Part shown: in pieces, positions 27,642 through 37,539 of the stretch
Position numbering within the stretch: position 1 is the stretch's first letter
Layout: each line of letters opens with the position of its first letter
NCBI GenBank assembly: GCA_041489255.1
Contig: JBGPQV010000010.1
Coordinates: 1-64,000, forward strand
Direction: 5' to 3'
Length of the DNA: 64,000 nucleotides
DNA from: Thermoplasmata archaeon
GTDB taxonomy: Archaea > Thermoplasmatota > Thermoplasmata > RBG-16-68-12 > JAFNFQ01
Notes under the pieces: model-generated
Databases searched by the model: none
Told to the model about the DNA's origin: nothing
Seen by the model: only the letters and a program-made list of their open reading frames with translations
Position numbers and translations under genes: made by a program

Positions 27642-30632
27642 GTGAGCGGAAAACGATATATGCGCGGCGGACGGTATGGGTGCAGAGGAGTGGTGCATCT
27701 GCCTGCTGCGGATCATGCGCGCGCGTTCATCGTCGCAGCGGTCGTTCTCCTATCCCTCACGCTCGCGTTCGCAGGGGATGTCAGGGGCCCGCACAGCTGG
27801 AGCATCGAATCGGTCGACCAGGCCCCTGACAGCATCGTGAACTCAATGACCTCGATCGCGACGGACCAGGCGGGAGTCCCTCATGTCGCGTACTCACTCA
27901 ACGGCCAGGATGACGTCCGCTACGCCGTGCGAGTGAATTCCGCATGGATGGTCGAGGTCGTCGACACGTTGTCCACGAACTCCTTCGTCTCCATCGAATT
28001 AGACAGCTTGGGCGGCCCTCATATCACCTACGGCAAGGTTCGTGGCCTATACTACGCGTCGAAGGTCGGGGGCGTCTGGGTGCCGGAGGTCGTCGACCAA
28101 GACACGGGCTGCGGCAACTGGCCGCAGTTGAGCCTCGACTCGAGGGATTGGCCGCACTTGGTCTACGGATGCGACATGCAGCTCAGGTACGCGTCTTGGA
28201 ACGGGACCGCGTGGATTCGGGAGGTAATCGTGGACAACGCCGAGTGCCCTTCGCTGGCCCTCGACGCTTCCGACTCCCCGCACGTCAGTTATTCCTTCCC
28301 GTCCACGCCCGCCCTCAGATACGCTCACAAGAGTCTAGGATTCTGGGTCTCTGAAGACGTAGATGCGCAAGTGGACCTCAATCGCCGAGGGACCTCGATC
28401 GCCTTGAATGCAGACGGCTGGGCCCGCATCAGCTATCTGGACGAGGACACCGGCCTGCTGAAGTACGCGAGCCGCCGCCCTGGCGGATGGGACATCGAGG
28501 TCGTGGACAACCCAATCCAACAGTTCTGCGGGGAGAGTCTTCCGGGCTCCTCGCTCGCCCTGAACAGATCCGGCGTTCCCAGCATCGCGTACTACATCTG
28601 CCGAGGCGCGGAGAGATACCTCGGATACGCCTGGAAGGATGGCGCGTGGTCCACCGAGGTCGTGGATGCGCAGTTCGGCACAGGAGCCGGACCTTCGCTG
28701 GCAATCGATGTCCTCGATGATCCCCAGATCTCTTACCTTTTCTTCACTGGCGGTTACGTGAGGTACGCCTACATCCCCCGGCCGGACGTCGAGGCGCCGT
28801 TGTCTCGTGTCCTTCCGATCTCCCCGTACTGGAACAACGGGTCGATCTGGGCGGTGGTCATGGACCGCACGGGGGTGGAGAACGTCACCCTCTGGTACCG
28901 TCACAGCGTGGACAACGACACATCGTGGGGCGCGTGGACTAAGTTCTCAACCCTAGATTCTCCTCCTTGGGCGTGGTCCTTTTCCTACCCTGCCGGGGAG
29001 GGCTATTACGAGTTCTACACCACCGCCATTGACCAACTGGGGAACGCTGAGGCTCCTCCGCCAGCAGCGGACGCAATCGCAGGTTACGACATCACGCCCC
29101 CGATATCCACCGCCCTTCCCGTTTCACCCTACTGGCACGCAACTCCTCCCATCACGATAAACGCCACCGCTGTGGACAACCTGAGCGGGGTGGCCGAAGT
29201 GACTCTTCTCTACGCCTACGTTCAGTGTGACAACCTCACGTGGAAGGACTGGGGACCCTTCGACACGAAGAAAATACAGCCGTGGTCGTGGTCCTTCCCG
29301 TTCCCTGACGGGGCGGGTCACTACATTTTCTACACCGGTTCCGAGGACGTCGCGGGCAACGCAGAGGCGGGAAAAACTGTCGTGGAAGCATCAGCGGGCT
29401 ACGAGTGCATGCCGGACTACGCACCCACGAACCCGCTGCCGCAATCGCCGATGGTCATCGGCCTCTCCTTGCCTGTCCGACTCTCGGTCGATATCCGGAA
29501 CTCTTGGGCCTTCGACGATGTCATCACCACTTTGGCTTTCTACAACGAGTCCTCGCCTCTTTCCCCGTTCTCCATGATTCAAGTCCCACCGATTCCAGCA
29601 GGAGGCGTCTCTGGGCCGTTCACCGCCACATGGACTTCTCCCTCCACACCTTGCGACTGCCGTGTCGTGGCGAGCGTTGATTACTTTGACAACGCGACCG
29701 AGCTGAACGAGTCGAACAATTCGCATGCGTGGACGTTGAATGTGGTGAGCGGCCCTGAAACATCGTTCGTATTGGGGGTTCCCAACTATACCTCGACAAG
29801 CACGGTGGTGTACGTCAAGTCATCTACACCCATCGACTTCTCCGTCCTCGACCAGAGCGGTCTCGGGATAAGGAACACCACGTACACGGTCGATGGCGGG
29901 AATACAGTCAACTACACCGCCACGGGCACCTTCTTCCTGGCGGGGGAAGGAACGCACAAGATAGGGTGGCAATCCCTTGACTGGGCGGGGAACCTGGAAC
30001 AGGTCGACTCGATGAACCTGACCGTGGACGATTCTCCTCCAACCACGACGATCCACCAGAGCGACTCGCAGGCAACCACCGCCACCGCCTTCACCCTCTC
30101 CGCCACGGACTCGGGATGCGGGGTGAACGTCACAAAGTACAGTATCGATGGCGGGACTTGGGCGGTGTATTCAGGCGGTTTCACTCTACCAGAAGGTGAG
30201 CACAACATCTCCTACTACTCCAACGACATGCTGAACAACACGGAGAGGGAGAGGTGGCTTGTGGTGGACGTGAGCGGACCTCAGATACCGCCAATCGAGG
30301 TGACCGTGAACTACAAGCCGATATTGGCGGTGATGTTCGCGATCATCCTGCTAGTGGCGGGAGTCTGGTCTTCGAGGAAAAGACCGTGGAGGGGCGGGAA
30401 GGGCAGGATGGCGGTGATGAAGGCGTTCATGGTCACCTCGATGCCCTTCGTGCTCGCGGAGGCGGGAACCGGCGTGGTGTCTTTCCTCACCGGGCAGCTG
30501 TCGATACCGCCACTGGTTGGGACGGGCACTGCTGTTGACCTGGCGATTCTGGTTTCGGGACTTGTGGTCACCGTCCTCAGGGTCATGATGACGAAGCCAC
30601 CAAAGACCAACGCCATCGACGAACCCTTTTAG
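27642..30632 (+). CDS. Large surface protein: beta-propeller-like repeats, Ig/CARDB modules, NYKP plus 3-TM C-terminal anchor
   Basis: Signal-like hydrophobic N-terminus (exact start uncertain). Repeats SxALDxxxxPHxSY...LxYA...W..EVVD; CARDB-like ELNESNN; three-helix C-terminal anchor. Confidence 0.85.
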   Translation: MSGKRYMRGGRYGCRGVVHLPAADHARAFIVAAVVLLSLTLAFAGDVRGPHSWSIESVDQAPDSIVNSMTSIATDQAGVPHVAYSLNGQDDVRYAVRVNSAWMVEVVDTLSTNSFVSIELDSLGGPHITYGKVRGLYYASKVGGVWVPEVVDQDTGCGNWPQLSLDSRDWPHLVYGCDMQLRYASWNGTAWIREVIVDNAECPSLALDASDSPHVSYSFPSTPALRYAHKSLGFWVSEDVDAQVDLNRRGTSIALNADGWARISYLDEDTGLLKYASRRPGGWDIEVVDNPIQQFCGESLPGSSLALNRSGVPSIAYYICRGAERYLGYAWKDGAWSTEVVDAQFGTGAGPSLAIDVLDDPQISYLFFTGGYVRYAYIPRPDVEAPLSRVLPISPYWNNGSIWAVVMDRTGVENVTLWYRHSVDNDTSWGAWTKFSTLDSPPWAWSFSYPAGEGYYEFYTTAIDQLGNAEAPPPAADAIAGYDITPPISTALPVSPYWHATPPITINATAVDNLSGVAEVTLLYAYVQCDNLTWKDWGPFDTKKIQPWSWSFPFPDGAGHYIFYTGSEDVAGNAEAGKTVVEASAGYECMPDYAPTNPLPQSPMVIGLSLPVRLSVDIRNSWAFDDVITTLAFYNESSPLSPFSMIQVPPIPAGGVSGPFTATWTSPSTPCDCRVVASVDYFDNATELNESNNSHAWTLNVVSGPETSFVLGVPNYTSTSTVVYVKSSTPIDFSVLDQSGLGIRNTTYTVDGGNTVNYTATGTFFLAGEGTHKIGWQSLDWAGNLEQVDSMNLTVDDSPPTTTIHQSDSQATTATAFTLSATDSGCGVNVTKYSIDGGTWAVYSGGFTLPEGEHNISYYSNDMLNNTERERWLVVDVSGPQIPPIEVTVNYKPILAVMFAIILLVAGVWSSRKRPWRGGKGRMAVMKAFMVTSMPFVLAEAGTGVVSFLTGQLSIPPLVGTGTAVDLAILVSGLVVTVLRVMMTKPPKTNAIDEPF

Positions 30633-30670
30633 TACCGATTCGTCTTGGCTTCGCATGAGGAGAAGGACGA

Positions 30671-30913
30671 GTGCCCGCCAAGAAGACCCGCAGGGAAATC
30701 CTTGAGGCTGAGGGCTGGACCAGGCAGTTCATCGCCTCAGAGCCGAGGCTCAGCGAGGCCAAGGAAGTGTACGAGGAGATGGGTCTGGAAGTGAGGCTCG
30801 AACCCGTCGACAAGGGCGACCTCGATCAGGAATGCAAGGATTGCTACGAAATGGACGAGAGCTGCCGCACGATATACACCAGGCCGAGAAGAGAAAGCAA
30901 GGGAGTCAGATGA
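30671..30913 (+). CDS. Small hypothetical protein with CxxC
   Basis: GWTRQFIASEPRLSEAKEVYEEMGLEVRLEP...CKDC...TIYTR; ATGA overlap with the next gene. Confidence 0.75.
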   Translation: MPAKKTRREILEAEGWTRQFIASEPRLSEAKEVYEEMGLEVRLEPVDKGDLDQECKDCYEMDESCRTIYTRPRRESKGVR

Positions 30914-32124
30914 GACTCATCATCATAGGTGCAGGAGCTGCCGGACTGAGTGCGCTGAAGGCGATCCGCGAGATCGATTCCAGTTCTGAGATCACGATCG
31001 TGAAGAAGGAGAGCGTCCCGCCATACTCGCTGTCCTCGCTGCCGTTCAATCTGGCGGGAGAGATTAAAGACGAAAACATGAGCAGGTTCGACGACGACTA
31101 CTTCCAGGTCATGAATGCCAATGTCGTGATCGGCAGGGCCAACGGCATTCTAACCGACGCCAAGAAGATTACCCTTGATGGCGGTAGGGAGATTGCCTAT
31201 GACAAATTGCTGATAGCCTCAGGCTCCTCGGCGATAGTGCCGAGGATCAATGGCCTGGAAAAGGAGGGCGTGCACACCATGGGCTCGCTCTCCGACACCT
31301 ATGAGCTGCGAGAGGCCGCCAAGTATGCTGGCAAGATCGTCGTCATCGGTGCGGGCTTCGTCGGTCTAGAGGCCGCCATAGCCCTCAGGAAACTGGGGAA
31401 GGAGATCGTGGTCGTCGAGATGCTGGAGAGAGTCCTCCCGAGGATGCTGGACTCCGACATGGCGGCGATTGTGCAGAAGATGCTCGAATCCAATGGGATC
31501 GAGGTAAGACTTGGAGACCAGGTCAAGGAAGTGCTTGGAGATAAGAAGGCAACCGGGGTCATGCTCGGCAAAGGCGAAATCAAATGCGACCTCGTCGTGG
31601 TCGGAATCGGCGTGCGACCGAACATCGAACTCGTCAAGGGCACGGCGGTAAAGACGAACATGGGCATAGTCGTCGACGACAAGATGCAGACCACGGTGAA
31701 AGATGTCTATGCGGCGGGAGATATAGTCGAGACCCCGGACCCGCTCTCCGGGAAGACGCGCATCGCCGCCATCTGGCCCAACGCGATAGAGCAGGGTCGC
31801 GTGGCGGGCAGGAACATGGCGGGCGTGGAGACCCACTACCCCGGTCCGCTGTCGGTGAACGTCATCAACATCTTCGACGTGCCCGTCGTTGCCCTTGGAC
31901 TGATGGCCTCCGATGTCGAGGGCGCGGAGTCTCTTGTCGTGAACCGTGGCGGGAACACGAGAAAGCTGATCATCAAAGACGACAAGGCGATTGGAGTTCA
32001 ATCGATCGGCTATGTGAGGAACCTAGGCTTCCTCCTGGGATTGATCAACAAGGGCGAGACGCTCGGCGAGCTCAGGAATCGAGTGTTGGACGAGAGGTTC
32101 GCCTACCCGGTCGCAACCAGATAG
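30910..32124 (+). CDS. FAD/NAD(P)-dependent oxidoreductase (AorC/NADH oxidase-like)
   Basis: GAGAAG, YDKLLIASGS, GAGFVGLE, VYAAGD, WPNAIEQG. Confidence 0.88.
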   Translation: MRLIIIGAGAAGLSALKAIREIDSSSEITIVKKESVPPYSLSSLPFNLAGEIKDENMSRFDDDYFQVMNANVVIGRANGILTDAKKITLDGGREIAYDKLLIASGSSAIVPRINGLEKEGVHTMGSLSDTYELREAAKYAGKIVVIGAGFVGLEAAIALRKLGKEIVVVEMLERVLPRMLDSDMAAIVQKMLESNGIEVRLGDQVKEVLGDKKATGVMLGKGEIKCDLVVVGIGVRPNIELVKGTAVKTNMGIVVDDKMQTTVKDVYAAGDIVETPDPLSGKTRIAAIWPNAIEQGRVAGRNMAGVETHYPGPLSVNVINIFDVPVVALGLMASDVEGAESLVVNRGGNTRKLIIKDDKAIGVQSIGYVRNLGFLLGLINKGETLGELRNRVLDERFAYPVATR

Positions 32125-32576
32125 TGGCTGCCGTACAGCATCTTCTCAACGAAGTCTCTTCTTCGCCTCAGCAGCTCATCGGTGTCCTCTAGATACTCGA
32201 TTGCCTTCGTTGCACAGAACTTGACGCACGTAGGGTCGCCATTGCAGAGGTCGCACTGGACCAATTCCTTGCCCAGGACCGTTATCGCGGAGTACGGACA
32301 GATGATCGCGCAGAACCTGCAGCCGATGCACTTCTCCTTGTCGCGGACAATTCGTCCCTCGACTTTCGTGACCGCGTTCTGCGGGCACATCTTGACGCAG
32401 AGCGGGTCGTCGCACTGCATGCAGACCAGCGGGACCTCGTACCTCCGGAACTCGTCGCGGACCACTGTGATGGCGGCTTTCTTCGGATTGTTCTCTCCGA
32501 ACTTCTTCAGCGAGCACGCGATTGAACACTGCCTGCAGCCCGTGCACAGCTCCGGGTGCATGTAGATGTGCTTCAT
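32103..32576 (-). CDS. 4x[4Fe-4S] electron-transfer subunit (AorA-like)
   Basis: CTGCRQCSIAC, CMQCDDPLCVKMCP, CIGCRFCAIICP, CDLCNGDPTC. Confidence 0.9.
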   Translation of the reverse strand: MKHIYMHPELCTGCRQCSIACSLKKFGENNPKKAAITVVRDEFRRYEVPLVCMQCDDPLCVKMCPQNAVTKVEGRIVRDKEKCIGCRFCAIICPYSAITVLGKELVQCDLCNGDPTCVKFCATKAIEYLEDTDELLRRRRDFVEKMLYGSHYLVATG

Positions 32577-34402
32577 CAGATCGCCTCCAGCTCTGCCTTC
32601 CGGGCCTCGGGCACGGTGCCGTCCTCATTCCATCCCCTGAGCTTGTAGTACCTGCTGAGCATCCCGTCGAACTCCTTCCGGTCGATGTGGTGCCCCTTGG
32701 CCAGCCCGAGCGGCATCGGGTCGTCGAAGTACCTCTTGGGGAGCGTGTCGTCCTTCCTCGTCACGCCCTCCCTGATGTTGATCAGGCGTTCCGTGTCGAT
32801 CACCCTCTTCCCGACCTCCTGAAGCTCCGCCTCGCTCATGTCCCAGCCCGCCGCGGCCTTGATCAGCCCGCTGAAGTGCTCGTACTTCAGGAAGTGAGGG
32901 CTGTTGAACCCGTGACAGATGAACTTGCAGAGGCCGAGGCAGTCTATCGTCGCGAAGATGTTGTCAGAGAAGTAGACCGCCTTTTCCTTCCCTACATAGG
33001 ATGACGGGTCAGTCACGACGCCCTTGCCGTAGATCTTCTCCTTGGCCTCCAGGGGGAGCTTGAGGAATATCTCGAGCGTCGGCCTGCTCCTCAGGTGGTC
33101 CGCGCCCCTCGATGCAGTCGCGATTCCTAGTGCGAACGCCTTGATGTACCTCACATCGTGTGGGTCGCTTTGCGGGAGGTTCTTGACGGCGATGAGGTAG
33201 TCCCTCGACTTCTCGCCGAATATTTTCGCGGCCTGGGTGCTTTCCGCCAGGTCGTTCCCGAATTCCTCCCGTCTAGAGATCATGTGCAGGAGCCTCTTCG
33301 CCAGTTCGAAGTCCCCGAATCTGAGCGCCTCGCCGGTCATCTTATCGTTGATTACGCCCTTCTCGTAGAGCTCGAACGCCCATGCGAGTATCGTCCCCGC
33401 CGAGGAAATGTCCAGACCGAGGTCGTTGCAGACGTTGCTCAGCTCGATGACGTTGGCGGTGTTCTCGATCCCCAGGTTCGAGCCTAGCAGGCCGAGCGCG
33501 GTGTATTCAGGCCCCTCACCGCCGAGCGTGTTCCTGTGGCGGCAGTGGACGAAGCAGTCGGCGCACGCGACCATCTTCTCCACGAACTTGTGAACATTCT
33601 CTGCGTCCAGCGAATCGCTCCACTGGTTGAACTGACTGTTCTTGGTCCTGATGGCCCCGAGGGCGTTGCTGACCTCGTAGAGGAGAGGAGTGCCCATTGT
33701 GCCGAGTATCGGAGTAATCTTTGAAGACATCAGATATTCCTTGAGCTCGAGCACGTAGTTCAGCATCTTCTCCGGACTAGCGATCTGGATGCCGAGAGTC
33801 CCGCTCGCGACGACCGCCTTGATGTTCTTCGAGCCCATGACCGCTCCCATGCCGCCGCGGCCCGCCGCGTTCTTGACGCCGGTGCGGACATTGGCGAAGC
33901 GAACCATCTTCTCTCCCGCCACGCCGCAGACGACCATCTCGCAGTCTCCGACTTCCTGTCTTATCGACTTCTGCGCGTCGTTGGTGTCCAGGCCCCAGTG
34001 GTCCTTCGCGTCGCGGATTTGGATCGAGCCGTCGTTGACCAGCAAGTAGGATGGCTTTTTCGCCCTTCCCAAGAGGATGAGCCTATCGAAGCCCGCGTAC
34101 CTGAGCTCGGGCCCGAAGAACCCGCCGCAGTTCGCGTCCCCGAGGATCATCGACTCGGGCGACTTCGCGCTGACGCTGAACCTGCTCGAGCTCGGCGAGG
34201 ACGTGCCCGTCAAGAAGCCGGTGCCGAAGATCAGCACGTTGTCGGGCGAGAGCGGGTCCACGCCCTTGTGCAGCATCTTGAGGAGGTAATGCATGTTCAG
34301 CCCCCTACCGCCGAGGTACTTCCTCCGCAGCGAGTCAGGGACCTCCTGCACAGTGACCTTCTCCTTCGTCAAGTCGACAATCCCGAGCTTGCGCTTGTGC
34401 AC
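32576..34402 (-). CDS. aor: Tungsten-dependent aldehyde:ferredoxin oxidoreductase family protein
   Basis: YLGGRG, KSP, GRGGMGAVMGSKNIKAV, EGPEY, RGADHL, DDTLPKR, YYKLRGW. Confidence 0.92.
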   Translation of the reverse strand: MHKRKLGIVDLTKEKVTVQEVPDSLRRKYLGGRGLNMHYLLKMLHKGVDPLSPDNVLIFGTGFLTGTSSPSSSRFSVSAKSPESMILGDANCGGFFGPELRYAGFDRLILLGRAKKPSYLLVNDGSIQIRDAKDHWGLDTNDAQKSIRQEVGDCEMVVCGVAGEKMVRFANVRTGVKNAAGRGGMGAVMGSKNIKAVVASGTLGIQIASPEKMLNYVLELKEYLMSSKITPILGTMGTPLLYEVSNALGAIRTKNSQFNQWSDSLDAENVHKFVEKMVACADCFVHCRHRNTLGGEGPEYTALGLLGSNLGIENTANVIELSNVCNDLGLDISSAGTILAWAFELYEKGVINDKMTGEALRFGDFELAKRLLHMISRREEFGNDLAESTQAAKIFGEKSRDYLIAVKNLPQSDPHDVRYIKAFALGIATASRGADHLRSRPTLEIFLKLPLEAKEKIYGKGVVTDPSSYVGKEKAVYFSDNIFATIDCLGLCKFICHGFNSPHFLKYEHFSGLIKAAAGWDMSEAELQEVGKRVIDTERLINIREGVTRKDDTLPKRYFDDPMPLGLAKGHHIDRKEFDGMLSRYYKLRGWNEDGTVPEARKAELEAI

Positions 34403-34417
34403 CGACTCACTCCTCTC

Positions 34418-34696
34418 TCAGCCACCCGCGATGGCGACCATCATCATTACCTCGTCACCGTCGCGGAGGACAGCGGTCTTCTCCGTCTCCGAGGTCACCG
34501 GCACCTGGTTGATGAATATGTTGAGGTGGTCGCGGATTTTGCCTTCCTTGTCGAACAACTCGTCCCTCATACCCGGGTACTCGCCGCACAGCTTGTTCAG
34601 CAGGCTGACGATGTTCCCGCGGTCGGGGGACACATTGACCTCGCTGCGTCCCGCGATCTTGCTGAACGGCTGGAACAGCTTCACTTTCAGGTTCAA
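34418..34696 (-). CDS. moaD: MoaD/ThiS/SAMP ubiquitin-like sulfur carrier
   Basis: Beta-grasp pattern, LRDGDEV, C-terminal GG. Confidence 0.88.
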   Translation of the reverse strand: MNLKVKLFQPFSKIAGRSEVNVSPDRGNIVSLLNKLCGEYPGMRDELFDKEGKIRDHLNIFINQVPVTSETEKTAVLRDGDEVMMMVAIAGG

Positions 34697-34853
34697 ATGG
34701 CGACCCCTGTGGCCCTTTTCCTTAGGAAGGTCGATTCTGTCTTAAACCTTGGCGACTAGAGAATACTTGTTTGGCGGGAATAGCCGCGTCATTTCCTCGC
34801 GGAAACATATAAACAGAGGCGTCATATGGCGCATCGCCCCAGAGGGCAGCTGC

Positions 34854-36416
34854 ATGAGCTGGCTCACGATAGGAGAGGCCGTAAGGGTCAACGCCGGGAA
34901 ATACCCCGACAAGCTGGCGTTCAAAGACGAGAGGCGTTCCCTCACATTCAAACAGCTTGACGAGAGGACGAACAGGCTGGCGAACGCACTGCTGGGGCTC
35001 GGACTGAAGAAGGGCGACAAGCTCTCAGTCGTGCTGCAGAACTGCCTGGAGTTCGTTGAGGTCTACCTGGCGGGTGCAAAGGCGGGCATCGTGGTGGCGC
35101 CTGTGAATTGGCGTCTGGCTCCTCTTGAGGCGCAATACGTCGTGAACAACTCCGACGCCAGGGCCTTGATAACCTGCGTCGATTGCTTCCCGCTCGTCGA
35201 GGAGTTCAGGCACAAGGTGAAGATCGACCCGGGCATGTTCATCCACGTCGGCGAGAAGGCCCCTAAGGGCTACCAGGACTATGAGCAGCTCATCGCGCGG
35301 GCAGACGCTGGCCCCCCCGCGGTCGAGGTCAAGGGCGAGGACGCCTGGGTGATTCTGCACACCTCAGGCACGACCGGCACGCCGAAGGGCGTCGTGCGCT
35401 CGCATGAGTCCTACTCTGCCTTCTTCCTCATCAACGAGGTGGAGTTCAGCTTCAAGCCCGACGACTACGCGCTCGTAATGATGCCCCTTTTCCACGTCAA
35501 TTCCACCTTCTACTCCTTCGTCTTCACCTACATCGGAGCGGCGGTTTACATCCACAGAGAGAGGAAGTTCGACCCTGCCGAGGTCCTTCGGATAATCGAG
35601 AAGGAGCGCATCACCTTCAGCTCGATGATACCGACTCACTATGCCCTGATCTTCGGCCTGTCCGAGGACGAAAGGAAGAGGCACGATGTGAGTTCTGTGC
35701 GAACCCTCCTGACTTCATCCGCCCCTGTCCGGCGCGACATGAAGCTCGCGATCATGGACTATTTCAAGGGAGCGCTCCTCTTCGAGGCGTACGGCTCGAC
35801 CGAGGCGGGCCTCGTCACCCTCCTCAGGCCAGAGGACCAGTTCAAGCGGCTCGAGTCGATAGGGAAGGAGTGCATCGGCGCCGACTCGATCAAGCTGCTC
35901 GACGACAAGGGGCGCGAGGTCGGAGTCGGGGACATCGGGGAGCTTTACTCCCGCGGACCGATGATGTTCGATTCGTACTGCAAGCTGCCAGAGAAGACGA
36001 AGGCATCGAGGCGCGGCGACTACTTCAGCGCGGGCGACCTGGCCAGGCGGGACAAGGAGGGATTCTACTACCTGGTCGACAGGAAGGACAATATGATAAT
36101 CACCGGCGGCGAGCACGTCTACCCGTCGGAGGTGGAGAAGGTCATCGGCGCGCACCCGGCGGTCAGGGAAGTGGCGGTGGTCGGGCTGCCACACGAGAAG
36201 TGGGGCGAGGCTGTCACGGCGGTGATCGTCCTGAAGGAAAACAAGACCGCGACCGAGGACGAGATAATGGACTACTGCAAGGATAAGATCGCCGCGTTCA
36301 AGAAGCCGAAGAAGGTCATTTTCGTGGAGGACTCCAAGATTCCCAGGACGACGACAGGGAAGATAGTCCACCGCCATCTGAGGGCGAGGCTCCACGAAGA
36401 GTCTCTGAAAGGGTGA
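34854..36416 (+). CDS. Class I adenylate-forming acyl-CoA ligase
   Basis: HTSGTTGTPKG, PLFHVN, YGSTEAG, GDLA, DRKDNMIITGGE, PRTTTGK. Confidence 0.9.
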   Translation: MSWLTIGEAVRVNAGKYPDKLAFKDERRSLTFKQLDERTNRLANALLGLGLKKGDKLSVVLQNCLEFVEVYLAGAKAGIVVAPVNWRLAPLEAQYVVNNSDARALITCVDCFPLVEEFRHKVKIDPGMFIHVGEKAPKGYQDYEQLIARADAGPPAVEVKGEDAWVILHTSGTTGTPKGVVRSHESYSAFFLINEVEFSFKPDDYALVMMPLFHVNSTFYSFVFTYIGAAVYIHRERKFDPAEVLRIIEKERITFSSMIPTHYALIFGLSEDERKRHDVSSVRTLLTSSAPVRRDMKLAIMDYFKGALLFEAYGSTEAGLVTLLRPEDQFKRLESIGKECIGADSIKLLDDKGREVGVGDIGELYSRGPMMFDSYCKLPEKTKASRRGDYFSAGDLARRDKEGFYYLVDRKDNMIITGGEHVYPSEVEKVIGAHPAVREVAVVGLPHEKWGEAVTAVIVLKENKTATEDEIMDYCKDKIAAFKKPKKVIFVEDSKIPRTTTGKIVHRHLRARLHEESLKG

Positions 36417-36428
36417 GCCGCAGAACGC

Positions 36429-37271
36429 TCAGGCCGCCCTGAGCGACCGGAGAAGGCCCAGGTTCCTTTTGTTCCACCCGCCAACATCCGGAGTCTCGAT
36501 GTTACCTGGGTGGTCGCGGAACCGCAGGTCGTTCATCAGGAGACGGAAAGGATCCTTCCCCAGCATGCCCCGCCCGATATGCTGATGCCTGTCCAGGTGA
36601 GATCCGAGCTCCCCCACAGAATCGTTGAGATGAAAGGCTTTCAGGCGCGCGAGCCCGACCGCGGAATCGAACCTCTCGAGGACCTCTTCGAATCCATGTT
36701 CAGTCCTGATGTCGTGACCTGCTCCGAAAGCATGACACGTGTCGAAGCACACCGCCAGCCGATCGCCGTGCTCCGCCTGGTCGATAATCGACCTGAGCTG
36801 CTCGAACGTGTGGCCGACCACGGACCCCTGACCGGCGGTGTTCTCTAGGCACAGTGTCACATCAGGGGCATCCGCTTTGTTGATGCACCAGTCCAAGCTC
36901 TCCGCGATTCTCTTGATGGCGTATTTTTCCCCCATGCCCAAGTGCGCCCCGGGGTGGAAAACCAAGAACGGCACGCCCAGTCTCTGGGCGCGGGTCATCT
37001 CGTCCGCGAAGGCGCTCCTGTAGAGCTTCACCATCCTGGCTTTCGGGGACGCGAGGTTGATGAGGTAATTGTCGTGGATCACAGGCTTCGAGAGGTCAGA
37101 GGACCTCAATGCGTCTCGGAATCTCGCCGCCGCCTCTTCCTCCAGAGGTTTCGCCCTCAGGCTCCGGGGACTCCTCGCGAATATTTGGAAAGTCTCGCAC
37201 TTGAGCGATCTCGCGCGGGCCACCGCCAGCTCGATGCCTTCCGCGATTGAGACGTGGGCTCCGATTAGCAT
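36429..37271 (-). CDS. nfo: Endonuclease IV (AP endonuclease)
   Basis: IGAHVSIA, YLINLAS, HPG, LENTAGQG, CFDTCH, HLNDS, DRHQHIG, ETP. Confidence 0.95.
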   Translation of the reverse strand: MLIGAHVSIAEGIELAVARARSLKCETFQIFARSPRSLRAKPLEEEAAARFRDALRSSDLSKPVIHDNYLINLASPKARMVKLYRSAFADEMTRAQRLGVPFLVFHPGAHLGMGEKYAIKRIAESLDWCINKADAPDVTLCLENTAGQGSVVGHTFEQLRSIIDQAEHGDRLAVCFDTCHAFGAGHDIRTEHGFEEVLERFDSAVGLARLKAFHLNDSVGELGSHLDRHQHIGRGMLGKDPFRLLMNDLRFRDHPGNIETPDVGGWNKRNLGLLRSLRAA

Positions 37272-37539
37272 CTGAATCCTTGCGGGAGAATGCCGGGTTC
37301 GGGTAAAAAGATTGGGCAATCAACCGATCCGCCTCATCGGCGGCAGCGAAGGCGCAATCGTGTTTCAAGGCGAAGCCCTAAATAGCGAGCAATTGATGAA
37401 CTGAACAATCGGTCAAACCTCATCTGGATTGTTCAAGTAGCCCGATCAGGGCCGACAAGGCGGGAAGAGGAAAAGGATGCGCGCAGCTGGATTCGGCAAA
37501 CCCACCGCAACGCACACTCGCAGCGGGCACCTACTGCTC

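Noticed and set aside
32576-34402. AOR-family gene as class II benzoyl-CoA reductase BamB
   Set aside because: The context (moaD, 4Fe-4S subunit, FAD protein) fits ordinary AOR, there are no Hdr-like bam partners, and a class I reductase is present. Phylogeny is needed to exclude it fully.
34819-34832. GCGTCATATGGCGC upstream of the CoA ligase as a second copy of the bzd operator
   Set aside because: Shares the CGTCAT half-site but has a different spacer and a mismatch; too weak to support
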